Source: Candidatus Kaiserbacteria bacterium (GTDB lineage: Bacteria; Patescibacteriota; Minisyncoccia; Phycocordibacterales; JABMNX01). From it: 64,000 bases of DNA. A model generated the notes under the pieces. The model did no database searches, was not told where the DNA came from, and was given only the letters and a program-made list of their open reading frames with translations. The stretch spans positions 12,381-76,380 of the forward strand of contig JACPLB010000004.1 in assembly GCA_016186705.1 (NCBI GenBank), given 5' to 3'. Positions 18,997-27,688 of this stretch are shown one piece after another. A program made the translations under genes and the position numbers. Numbering within the stretch: position 1 is the first letter of the stretch; each line of letters opens with the position of its first letter.

Positions 18997-21240
18997 CTAC
19001 TTGGCGACCTGTACCGCCTCTTCAAATTTAACCGACAACAATTTTGACATACCGTCCGACCCCATGGTGACACCGTAAAGCACTCCCGCGATAGACATTG
19101 TTTCCCGGTTATGCGTAATCAAGATTAACTGCGTTTTTTTGGCAAGGTCTTTTACCATCGCGCTGTACTTACGCGAATTTGCCTCGTCAAGCGCCGCATC
19201 CGTCTCGTCGAGTACTAGAAAAGGAGGTGGGTTAACTTGCGACATCGCGAAGAGAAGCGCGATTGAGGTAAGCGCCCGCTCCCCTCCTGAGAGCATCTGA
19301 AGCCCTTTGATTTTCTTCCGGGGGAGCGACACGAGGATGTCTATTCCCGTTTCCACTTCTTCATTTCCGTTTTCGGACAGGGTTTCGTCGCCCTGCTCCT
19401 CAATTTCAAAGTCCGTGTGTTTCTCTTTTTTCTGTTCAAATACCTTAAGTGACGCAGTTCCTCCTCCAAAAAGAAGCGCAAAAAAATGCTGAAATTCTTT
19501 GTTAATTTTTTTGACTCCTTCTTCAAATTTAACGGCGAGCTTCTCATCAAGCTCTGCAATGAGGCGTTTCAGAGTCTCCGCAGACCGTTCAAGGTCGGCA
19601 ACTTCTTTTTCAAGAAATTGGTCGCGTTCATGCACTTCCTGATATTCTTTCAGCACGTCGTCCCCCGAACCTCCTCCGAATTCCTCGACGCGAATTTTGA
19701 TTTTCTCGATTGCGCGTCTCCGCTCCTCCTGTTTTTCTCGTGCCTCTTGAAGCACTTCTTCATTTGCAATACCAACTGACGAGTACCCCAAGATGTCCCG
19801 TCCCGCGAGCGCCGCACCCTCTTCCATATCTCGCCTGAATTCCTCTTCTACATGCCGCAATATCTTTTCGTCGCGCAAAAGGCCGTCAAGGACCCCTTCA
19901 ACCTTGCTCTTTTCCGTAGTGATGCGAAACACGTCTCGCTCGGCGTCCCTGCCTTCATCTTTTGAAAGTTCGATTTCTTCCTGAAGTTTTTTATATACAC
20001 GTGCAGTTTCTTTTTCCTTCTCTTCGACATCTCTAAATCGGACATCAAGTCCGGACTTCTCGGCTTTCAGCTTTTCCACCGGAGCGGTATCTTCACGAGA
20101 AGTGCCTTCTTGTGAATACTTATGAATAAAAGAAACAAGGAGTGTCCTGATTTTTTTAAACCCCTCTTTCACAGCCGATATGGCGGCGCTTCTTTCCGCT
20201 TCATCAAGCGCTCTTTCAATATCGCCTGCAAGAGCCCGGGCATCGGAGAGCGGAATACCAACTTCTCTACTCCGGGTAGGGTGCTTTTCCGCAAATGAAA
20301 TTTGACCTTCAAGGCGGCCTATCTCTCGTGAGAGTTCTTCGCGCTCCGAACGTATTAGAGAGAGTTTTTTCTCCGCATCAAGAATTTCCTTCCCGCGATT
20401 ATTCGGCGTTGTCGCTTTCTCAAGGACAGCACGAGCCTTTTTCAATTCATTCTCAAGTTGCAAGAGTGCCGTGCGCGGTTTCTCTCTTTTCGACTCAATA
20501 TCCTTTCTGGTATACGTGATGTACAGTTCCTCCCGTTTAAGATATTCACGCAAAAGCTTCTTCAGTTCCCCGCGAAGCCGTTCCGATTTCTCGAGCTTTT
20601 CGACTTGCTTCTTCAGGAAGCGCACGTGCGGAGCAATTTCCTTCCGAAGAGAAGCGACGTGTGCGACATTTTCGGCGGTGTGCTCAAGCTTACGCTGGCT
20701 CTCTTTTTTCTTGTACTGAAAAATTTTAAGACCGAGGGCGTCTTCTATCATCTCCCGACGTTCCCTAATGCTCGCAGAGAGCAAAACATCGGCTTCCCCC
20801 TGCGAAATAATATGATGCCCCGTTGAGCCGATATTCGCATGTGCAAGGAGCTCTACGATGTCTTTCAAGCGCACCCGAGTTCCGTTTATCAGGTAGTCAT
20901 TGATGCCATCACGATATACCACGCGTTCAATCACCACTTCGTCAAAATCAATGTCAAAAAGCCGTGATTCGCCAACCGGAAAATTATTAAAAGTCGCTTT
21001 CACTGAAGCCCGATTGGCTCGTGGGGCCGACTGCGACCCGCCCCACATAAGGTCTTCTCCGCGCTTCCCGCGCATAGATTTAAAGGACTGTTCACCTAAG
21101 ACAAATCTGAACGCTTCCGCGATATTTGATTTCCCCGAGCCATTCGGACCGACGATTCCGGCAATCGGTGACGCAAACGAAAGCTCGCTCTTTTTCGCAA
21201 ATGATTTAAACCCCGAAAGTTCAATTCCTTTGAGATACAT
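18997..21240 (-). CDS. smc: SMC-family chromosome-segregation ATPase, unusually short (747 aa) with no recognisable hinge
   Basis: N-terminal Walker A (GPNGSGKSN), long coiled-coil middle, C-terminal ABC signature LSGGERALTSIALLFA and Walker B LVLDETDAALD. Confidence 0.8.
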   Translation of the reverse strand: MYLKGIELSGFKSFAKKSELSFASPIAGIVGPNGSGKSNIAEAFRFVLGEQSFKSMRGKRGEDLMWGGSQSAPRANRASVKATFNNFPVGESRLFDIDFDEVVIERVVYRDGINDYLINGTRVRLKDIVELLAHANIGSTGHHIISQGEADVLLSASIRERREMIEDALGLKIFQYKKKESQRKLEHTAENVAHVASLRKEIAPHVRFLKKQVEKLEKSERLRGELKKLLREYLKREELYITYTRKDIESKREKPRTALLQLENELKKARAVLEKATTPNNRGKEILDAEKKLSLIRSEREELSREIGRLEGQISFAEKHPTRSREVGIPLSDARALAGDIERALDEAERSAAISAVKEGFKKIRTLLVSFIHKYSQEGTSREDTAPVEKLKAEKSGLDVRFRDVEEKEKETARVYKKLQEEIELSKDEGRDAERDVFRITTEKSKVEGVLDGLLRDEKILRHVEEEFRRDMEEGAALAGRDILGYSSVGIANEEVLQEAREKQEERRRAIEKIKIRVEEFGGGSGDDVLKEYQEVHERDQFLEKEVADLERSAETLKRLIAELDEKLAVKFEEGVKKINKEFQHFFALLFGGGTASLKVFEQKKEKHTDFEIEEQGDETLSENGNEEVETGIDILVSLPRKKIKGLQMLSGGERALTSIALLFAMSQVNPPPFLVLDETDAALDEANSRKYSAMVKDLAKKTQLILITHNRETMSIAGVLYGVTMGSDGMSKLLSVKFEEAVQVAK

Positions 21241-21301
21241 GAGATATAGCTTACAGCTTTTAGCTTAGAGCTTCCAGTCAAGATTTCCCGTTTGGTTTCG
21301 C

Positions 21302-21994
21302 TTACCACCCCTTCACTTTAAGCGCGTTCTGTGCCGCCTCTTGTTCCGCTTCTTGTTTTGAAGACCCTTTTCCTGACGCAACAAGTTCCGCGTTCAGATA
21401 CACGCCAACGACGAATTCTTTGTTGTGGTCAGGTCCTTTCTCCTCAATAAGCTCGTATCGCGGAGTAATACCCGTATTTTCCTGGGCTCTTTCCTGAAAA
21501 TTGCTTTTCGCGTCCTGCCAGAGACGTTGGGAGACAATGTCTTCAGTCAAGTCAAACAAGCTGTCTGCAATGAATTTTTGCGCCGCGTCATACCCTTGGT
21601 CGAGATAGAGTGCCCCGACAATTGATTCAAACGTGTTCGCGAGGATATATTGACGGGCGCGTCCCGTATCCTGTGCTTCACCCTTTGAAAGAAGGAGGTA
21701 GTCATTTATGCCAAGTTTGAGCGATGCATCTCCGAGCGTATTTGTATTAACGAGCGCAGCGCGGTACGCAGTTAAATCTCCTTCAGTCTTTTCGGGATAT
21801 TTCTTGAAGAGGAAATCAGTTACGGCAAGTTCAAGAACCGCGTCCCCGAGAAATTCGAGCCGCTCATTATGCTCGAGTCCCGTTTCTTTGTGTTCATTAA
21901 TGTACGAGCGGTGCGTAAACGCCTGCCGGAGGAGGTTCTTGTCGTTGAATGAGACGCCGAGCGTCGCTTCAAAATCTGAAATAGTGCGTTCCAT
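21302..21994 (-). CDS. rnc: Ribonuclease III
   Basis: RNase III signature ERLEFLGDAVLELAV, C-terminal dsRBD. Confidence 0.9.
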   Translation of the reverse strand: MERTISDFEATLGVSFNDKNLLRQAFTHRSYINEHKETGLEHNERLEFLGDAVLELAVTDFLFKKYPEKTEGDLTAYRAALVNTNTLGDASLKLGINDYLLLSKGEAQDTGRARQYILANTFESIVGALYLDQGYDAAQKFIADSLFDLTEDIVSQRLWQDAKSNFQERAQENTGITPRYELIEEKGPDHNKEFVVGVYLNAELVASGKGSSKQEAEQEAAQNALKVKGW

Positions 21995-21999
21995 ATGGG

Positions 22000-22911
22000 T
22001 TATGCGTCTTTTTTTACCAATTGGTTAATCGCGTTTGTAATCACCGGAAGAATGTCGTCATAGAAATTAAGGTCAAGAATACTTGAGAGTTTGAACCACT
22101 TCGCGTCGTCAAGCCCGCCCTTACCCTCCGGAAGCGCGATATCTTTAAACGGAGCCTTGGCAAGGTAGTAGATAACCTGTTTGCGTATTTTCCCTTTCTC
22201 CGGCTGAGTCGCCACATACTCGTTCATGCCGAGTTTTTCACCTACATCGACATCAAGACCGAGTTCTTCCTTAATTCCGCGCCTGATACCCTTTTTGATT
22301 TCTTCATTCTCTTGTATATGCCCTTTCGAGAGCGTCCAGTGACCGAACACGTCGTGCACCAACGCAAGGTACGTTTCATTTTTGTCCACAGAATACACGA
22401 CTGCACCGCCGAGACGTTCAATCGGCATATCTTCATACGCGATTTCCTTTCGCCTTTTTTTCTTGGAGACCTCGTTCTTTCCCGGTTCGCCAAGCTCTTT
22501 ATACACCGCACCTAATACACCGTTTACAAATCGACCGCTGTTATCGCCGCCGAATGTTTTTGCGAGCTCAATAGCTTCGTTGATAGCGACTTTTGCGGGG
22601 ACTTCCTCGCGGTCTGCAAACAGGAGTTCGGCGAGTCCAAGGCGGAGAATATTCCTATCTACGACTGATATCTTTTCAATCGGCCATTCCGGCGCTGCTT
22701 TTTCGATAATATCGTCAATGTCGGGCTGTTTCGCGATGACAGTGTTGAGAAGCTGTCTCATAAATGAAACGTCGCTCACACCAGGAGCGAATTCCTTAAC
22801 GTTTCGCGACAGCACTTCTTCAAGGTCGGTCTTCTTGTTTTTTACACTGTCAAAATCGTACTCAAAGAGAGTTTGAAGAACAATACTTCTCGACAAGTGC
22901 CTGTTTGCCAT
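22000..22911 (-). CDS. nusB: NusB-domain / NUDIX-hydrolase fusion protein
   Basis: Residues 1-140 match NusB (RHLSRSIVLQTLFEYDF, DRNILRLGLAELLF, VAINEAIELAKTFGGDNSGRFVNGVLGAV). A Lys-rich linker follows. Residues ~160-303 are a NUDIX domain with box GHIQENEEIKKGIRRGIKEELGL. Confidence 0.8.
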   Translation of the reverse strand: MANRHLSRSIVLQTLFEYDFDSVKNKKTDLEEVLSRNVKEFAPGVSDVSFMRQLLNTVIAKQPDIDDIIEKAAPEWPIEKISVVDRNILRLGLAELLFADREEVPAKVAINEAIELAKTFGGDNSGRFVNGVLGAVYKELGEPGKNEVSKKKRRKEIAYEDMPIERLGGAVVYSVDKNETYLALVHDVFGHWTLSKGHIQENEEIKKGIRRGIKEELGLDVDVGEKLGMNEYVATQPEKGKIRKQVIYYLAKAPFKDIALPEGKGGLDDAKWFKLSSILDLNFYDDILPVITNAINQLVKKDA

Positions 22912-22961
22912 ATGAAAATAAAACTGTAAAAGAACTCTCTAATCGAACACGTCTCAAAAAA

Positions 22962-23264
22962 TTATTTCTTTGAGAGTCCTTCAGGGGAAAGCGGCTTCAC
23001 TTCTTCCGTTTCCGCCTCCGTCTTCCGCGATTCCTCCGCACTGCGTCCGCGCTCCTTCGCTTTCTGCTTCTCCGCCTTCTTAGCCGCCTTCAAGGCAACG
23101 TCAATGACCAAGCGGCCGCGATAGTGCCCGCACTCCGAACACATACGATGACGAAGGTGCTTTGCGCCGCAATGTGAGCACGTCGAAACACGCGGCTCTT
23201 CGAGTCCGTGATGACTCCGGCGATTGCCGGTGTGCGACCTATTGCTTCGCATTCGTACTGTCAT
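22962..23264 (-). CDS. rpmF: 50S ribosomal protein L32 with a ~40-aa charged C-terminal extension
   Basis: RRSHHGL...CSHCGAKHLRHRMCSECGHYRGRLV matches L32 (zinc-ribbon form). It is 100 aa against the usual ~57. Confidence 0.85.
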   Translation of the reverse strand: MTVRMRSNRSHTGNRRSHHGLEEPRVSTCSHCGAKHLRHRMCSECGHYRGRLVIDVALKAAKKAEKQKAKERGRSAEESRKTEAETEEVKPLSPEGLSKK

Positions 23265-23383
23265 ACCCGATGATTATACAAATTCCTCTCTAAAAAGCAA
23301 CAGAATGTTGCGCGTGAAAGACGTGGAAACTAAAAGGCGACGCTTTCGCGCCGCCCTCCCTGTTTGAACACCGGAAATTTTTC

Positions 23384-23698
23384 TTACGCTGCCCTGGACT
23401 GAAGCCTGAGCGAGCTCCGGAGTCTGTGTTCTATCCTGTTCGATATGACGTCAATGTCCTCTCGGACGAGAGAGAAACGTTTGCAGGCACCCTTAGGCGT
23501 CCAGCAATTAAGGGAACACTGACCGTTCTCCGAGCGTGAGCAAAATGCACAAATAGTGCCCTTGGGCACTTTTTTTGTACCCCCCGCCGACAGAATGTCG
23601 AGAATCTCCTCCGGTTTTTCGTACGTTAGTGCGACAAGTTGGTCATCCCCCCGATAGAAAGGATTGCCGTTTGTCTTCCTTGAAGGCACGTCATCCAT
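23384..23698 (-). CDS. DUF177/YceD-like protein (possibly N-terminally shortened)
   Basis: Conserved position directly upstream of rpmF. C-terminal Cys pattern CAFCSRSENGQCSLNC resembles the YceD CxxC..G.C..LN.C region. No in-frame ATG/GTG/TTG exists upstream of 23698 before the rnhB stop. Confidence 0.5.
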   Translation of the reverse strand: MDDVPSRKTNGNPFYRGDDQLVALTYEKPEEILDILSAGGTKKVPKGTICAFCSRSENGQCSLNCWTPKGACKRFSLVREDIDVISNRIEHRLRSSLRLQSRAA

Positions 23699-23770
23699 TG
23701 TAGACCCCCACAGGTTAGAAGTTGCGACAGAACAAAACCTTCTACAGAGTAACGCTAAACATGCCCGTTG

Positions 23771-24349
23771 TCAAATCTTCAAAAAACTTTTCCTGTGGAG
23801 AACGCACGAGCCGTGCACGCGGAGACGTGCGTAGTGTTTTCTGGTTCCGTACCCCTTATGCGCGTCAAAGCCGTAGTGGGGATATTTCTTTCCAAGTGTC
23901 GACATTTTTCTATCGCGTGTGACTTTCGCGATAATAGACGCAAGCGCTATTACATGCTCTTTTTCATCCCCTTTTACAATCGTTCTCTGGTATACAAATC
24001 TTTGCGGCGCCGCAAGCCCCCCATCAAGAAGAACGAGACATGTGCGTGGATTAATACCTAACCTGGCAATGGAGCGATGGAGAGCGCGCCGTATCGCATA
24101 CATAATCCCCTTTTCATCAATGACGCGGCTGCTTACCGACGAAGTGGTATAGTGTACTTTTCTCATCTTCCGTATTCGGGAAAACCACAGATTCCTCTGT
24201 TTCGGCGTAAGCTTCTTTGAATCCTTTACTCCTTTGAAATGCCTCCTGCCAAGCGTCCGAGGAATGCAGACTGCCCCCACCGTCACAGGACCTGCAATCG
24301 GGCCGCGCCCGACTTCATCTATGCCGATAATATAGCGGTGCGTTTTCAT
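23771..24349 (-). CDS. rnhB: Ribonuclease HII
   Basis: MKTHRYIIGIDEVGRGPIAGPV (RNase HII DEDD N-terminal motif). The ATG at 24349 was verified; the ORF-track start was an upstream TTG. Confidence 0.9.
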   Translation of the reverse strand: MKTHRYIIGIDEVGRGPIAGPVTVGAVCIPRTLGRRHFKGVKDSKKLTPKQRNLWFSRIRKMRKVHYTTSSVSSRVIDEKGIMYAIRRALHRSIARLGINPRTCLVLLDGGLAAPQRFVYQRTIVKGDEKEHVIALASIIAKVTRDRKMSTLGKKYPHYGFDAHKGYGTRKHYARLRVHGSCVLHRKSFLKI

Positions 24350-24439
24350 TTTCGTTTGACGCTTATTGTATAACAAAGTCGCACGAACATCATCGTGTTC
24401 GGGAATGATATACTGAAGGCATTACATTTTATTGAACAT

Positions 24440-27400
24440 ATGACCAGAAAGTTCATACATCTCCACACTCATTCTCATTTCTCCCTTCTCCAGGCGCTTC
24501 CGAAAATACCGGAGCTTGTTGCGGCGGCAAAAAAAGACGGGATGACGGCGCTTGCTCTTACTGACAACGGAAATCTCTACGGCGCGATCCAGTTCTATAA
24601 AAGATGCAGGGACGAGGGCGTAAAGCCGATTATTGGCATTGACGCGTACGTCGCGGCGCGCACGCGCCGCGATAAGGAGGCACGGGTTGATAATCGCTCC
24701 GCGCGGCTTGTTCTTCTCGCAAAAAACGAACGGGGTTATCGGAATCTGATACAGCTTGTTACGAAATCTTTCTTAGAGGGATTTTATTACAAACCGCGCA
24801 TTGACCGCGAGCTCATTGAATCATACAAAGACAATCTTATTGCTATTATCCCGTCGTTTTCCGGAGAAACATCGCATGCGCTCAAAAACAACAATGCAAA
24901 AAAGGCGCAGGAAGCGCTTCTGTGGTACCAGAGCGTATTCGGAACGAATCTTTTCTTGGAAATTACCCATCATCCGGAAATTGAAGGCCATGAGGAGCTC
25001 ATGGAAAAAATAAAGAAACTTTCAGAGGAGTGCGAGATTCCTCTTGTCGCAGCACATGATGTGTACTACATCAATACCGAAGACCGTCTGGCGCGCGAGA
25101 CAATGCAGAAGATTCAAACCGGGACAGAGCTTACCGAAGAGAGAGAACACAGCAAAGACGATTTCTCTTTTATTTCACAAGAGAGGGCGCTTGAGTACTT
25201 TAAGGATACCCCTGAAGCACTTTTAAATACCGTAAACATTGCGGGAATGTGCGATATAAAGCTGAAACTCGGCACATGGGTGTTCCCTGAAGTTGACACG
25301 GCCGGACATACGACGCATGACGACGCGCTGAGAGAACTTGCCGAGAGCGGCATCAAGCGGCGAGGACTCAAAAAAACAAAAGAAATAACGGAACGGCTTG
25401 AGTATGAGCTCGGCATTATTAAAGCAAAAGGGTACGCGCCGTATTTTCTTGTTGTGGCAGACCTCCTCAATTACGCCCACAAAAAAGAGATTCTTACGAC
25501 AATCCGCGGTTCGGTGGCGGGGTCATTAGTTACTTACCTCTCCGGAATTACCACTGTCAATCCTCTCGAGTACAAACTTCCGTTTGAACGATTCCTGAAT
25601 CCGGAACGGCCGTCGGCACCCGATATCGACATGGACTTTGCCGACAATCGCCGAGACGAAGTCATCCAGTACGCAAAAGAAAAGTACGGCGAGGATAAGG
25701 TTGCCCAAATCGGCACATTCGGAACGATGATGGCGCGCGGTGTCGTGCGCGATGTTGCGCGCGCGCTCGGACACGCGTATGCTCTCGGCGACCGAATCGC
25801 AAAGCTCATTCCTTTCGGCTCTCAAGGGTTTCCCATGACTATCAAGCGGGCGTTTGAGCTTATCCCCGAACTCAAGGAGCTGTACCAAAAGGAAAAAGAG
25901 GTAAAGGAGGTCATCGACCTTGGAAAAAAAATAGAGGGTAGAGCGCGGCATATTTCCATCCATGCCGCCGGAGTCGTTATTGCTCCCCGCCCACTCACTG
26001 ATTTTGTCCCCCTTCAGTACGACCCGAAAGGAGGAAAAATTATCACGCAGTACGACATGCACGCCGTTGAAGACGCGGGGCTCTTGAAATTCGATTTCCT
26101 CGGGCTTAAAAACCTTGCCATCCTCGCTGATGTGGTAGAGCGCGTAAAGGCAATTTATAACATTGACATCGATATCGAACGCATACCGTTTGACGACAAA
26201 AAAACATTCGAAATGCTCGCGCGCGGAGAGACGATGGGGCTTTTTCAGCTCAACGGTTCCGGTATGACACACTTCCTTAAGGAACTGAAACCGACGTCAA
26301 TCTATGACATTAACGCGATGGTGGCGCTCTATCGGCCAGGACCGATGGAGTCCATTCCGTCATACATTGAGCGAAAGCATAATCCAAAGCTTGTTGATTA
26401 TCTCGACCCCCGCATGAAAGACATCCTTTCCCAGTCCTATGGCGTTATTACGTACCAGGACGACGTGCTTCTCATCGCAATTCACATTGCGGGCTACTCG
26501 TGGCTCGCGGCAGACACGCTCCGGAAAGCCATGGGGAAAAAGATTCCCGCAGTGATGGAAGCGGAAAAGGAAAAACTCATTAAGGGTGCCATTGAGCACG
26601 GTATGACGGAAGAGAAAGCGGAGAGACTGTGGAAACTTATTGAGCCGTTCGCGGCATACGGATTCAATAAAGCCCACGCTGCAAGTTACGGACGTGTCGC
26701 GTATCAGACCGCGTACATGAAAGCGCATTACCCCGTCGAGTACATGTCGGCAGTGCTCTCGGCGGATTCCGGCGATGTCGAGAAGATTTCGGAATCAATT
26801 ATCGAGTGTGTACGCATGGGAATTGATGTGCTCCCGCCTGACATTAACGAAAGCTTCGGATATTTTTCCGTCGTTCCCGCGAAAAATCCAAAAAATGTGA
26901 AAATTCGTTTCGGACTCTATTCCATCAAGAATTTCGGTGAAGGAATCGCTCAAAGCATTATTGACGAGAGAAAGAAAAATGGGGCATATGCCTCAATTGC
27001 CAACTTCCTTGAACGCGCGCAGAACAAGAATCTGAATCGAAAGACGCTTGAAGCGCTTATCAAGTCAGGAGCACTTGACCAGTTTGAGGAGCGCGGAGCA
27101 ATGCTTCAGAGCATTGAATCGCTTCTTGCCTACTCGCGGGAGTCCGGCGAAACACGCGGCAACCAAGACTCTCTTTTCGGTGAAGCGGGCGAGAGACATG
27201 ATACGCTCACACTCCCCAAAACAGAGCCTGTGGATCTCTCGCAGAAGCTTATGTGGGAAAAGGAACTGCTTGGCCTCTATGTGTCCGGACATCCTCTTCA
27301 GAAATTCAAACATATGCTTGAAAAGCAGCGCGACATTGAAAAGACTAAAAAAGAACTTCGAGAAGGCATGCCCGCAGTCGTATACGGAATTATTGAGGAG

Positions 27401-27610
27401 GCGCGACCAATTCTGACCAAGAAAGGAGAGCAAATGTCATTTGTGCGAATTGCCGATTTCAGCGGAAACATAGAAGTTGTTATATTCCCAAAGCTTTACG
27501 CACAGCACAAAGAATTCCTTTCTCCCGAAAAATGTATCGGGGTCAAAGGGCGGCTCTCCGCACGAAACGGCGAAGTCGGCATTGTCGCGGAAGCTCTGAA
27601 AGCATTGTGA
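24440..27610 (+). CDS. dnaE: DNA polymerase III alpha subunit (DnaE), compact form
   Basis: PHP domain at the N-terminus (MTRKFIHLHTHSHFS), polymerase core motifs (GLLKFDFLGL, SGHPL), OB-fold C-terminus. The ATG at 24440 is preferred over the upstream GTG at 24395 on N-terminal homology. Confidence 0.9.
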   Translation: MTRKFIHLHTHSHFSLLQALPKIPELVAAAKKDGMTALALTDNGNLYGAIQFYKRCRDEGVKPIIGIDAYVAARTRRDKEARVDNRSARLVLLAKNERGYRNLIQLVTKSFLEGFYYKPRIDRELIESYKDNLIAIIPSFSGETSHALKNNNAKKAQEALLWYQSVFGTNLFLEITHHPEIEGHEELMEKIKKLSEECEIPLVAAHDVYYINTEDRLARETMQKIQTGTELTEEREHSKDDFSFISQERALEYFKDTPEALLNTVNIAGMCDIKLKLGTWVFPEVDTAGHTTHDDALRELAESGIKRRGLKKTKEITERLEYELGIIKAKGYAPYFLVVADLLNYAHKKEILTTIRGSVAGSLVTYLSGITTVNPLEYKLPFERFLNPERPSAPDIDMDFADNRRDEVIQYAKEKYGEDKVAQIGTFGTMMARGVVRDVARALGHAYALGDRIAKLIPFGSQGFPMTIKRAFELIPELKELYQKEKEVKEVIDLGKKIEGRARHISIHAAGVVIAPRPLTDFVPLQYDPKGGKIITQYDMHAVEDAGLLKFDFLGLKNLAILADVVERVKAIYNIDIDIERIPFDDKKTFEMLARGETMGLFQLNGSGMTHFLKELKPTSIYDINAMVALYRPGPMESIPSYIERKHNPKLVDYLDPRMKDILSQSYGVITYQDDVLLIAIHIAGYSWLAADTLRKAMGKKIPAVMEAEKEKLIKGAIEHGMTEEKAERLWKLIEPFAAYGFNKAHAASYGRVAYQTAYMKAHYPVEYMSAVLSADSGDVEKISESIIECVRMGIDVLPPDINESFGYFSVVPAKNPKNVKIRFGLYSIKNFGEGIAQSIIDERKKNGAYASIANFLERAQNKNLNRKTLEALIKSGALDQFEERGAMLQSIESLLAYSRESGETRGNQDSLFGEAGERHDTLTLPKTEPVDLSQKLMWEKELLGLYVSGHPLQKFKHMLEKQRDIEKTKKELREGMPAVVYGIIEEARPILTKKGEQMSFVRIADFSGNIEVVIFPKLYAQHKEFLSPEKCIGVKGRLSARNGEVGIVAEALKAL

Positions 27611-27688
27611 AAAGATAATTGCATGATTGCAAGATGACCGGCATTATGGAATATTTAAAAACATTGAAGAAGGTAGTATAGTCCTATA

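Noticed and set aside
23699-23770. Possible upstream extension of the YceD-like ORF to reach a normal DUF177 length
   Set aside because: The in-frame upstream sequence back to the rnhB stop contains no ATG, GTG or TTG. Only a CTG is present, so the 104-aa version is retained.
25526-26272. 248-aa antisense ORF inside dnaE
   Set aside because: Contained within the dnaE coding region, which has clear polymerase motifs on the other strand.
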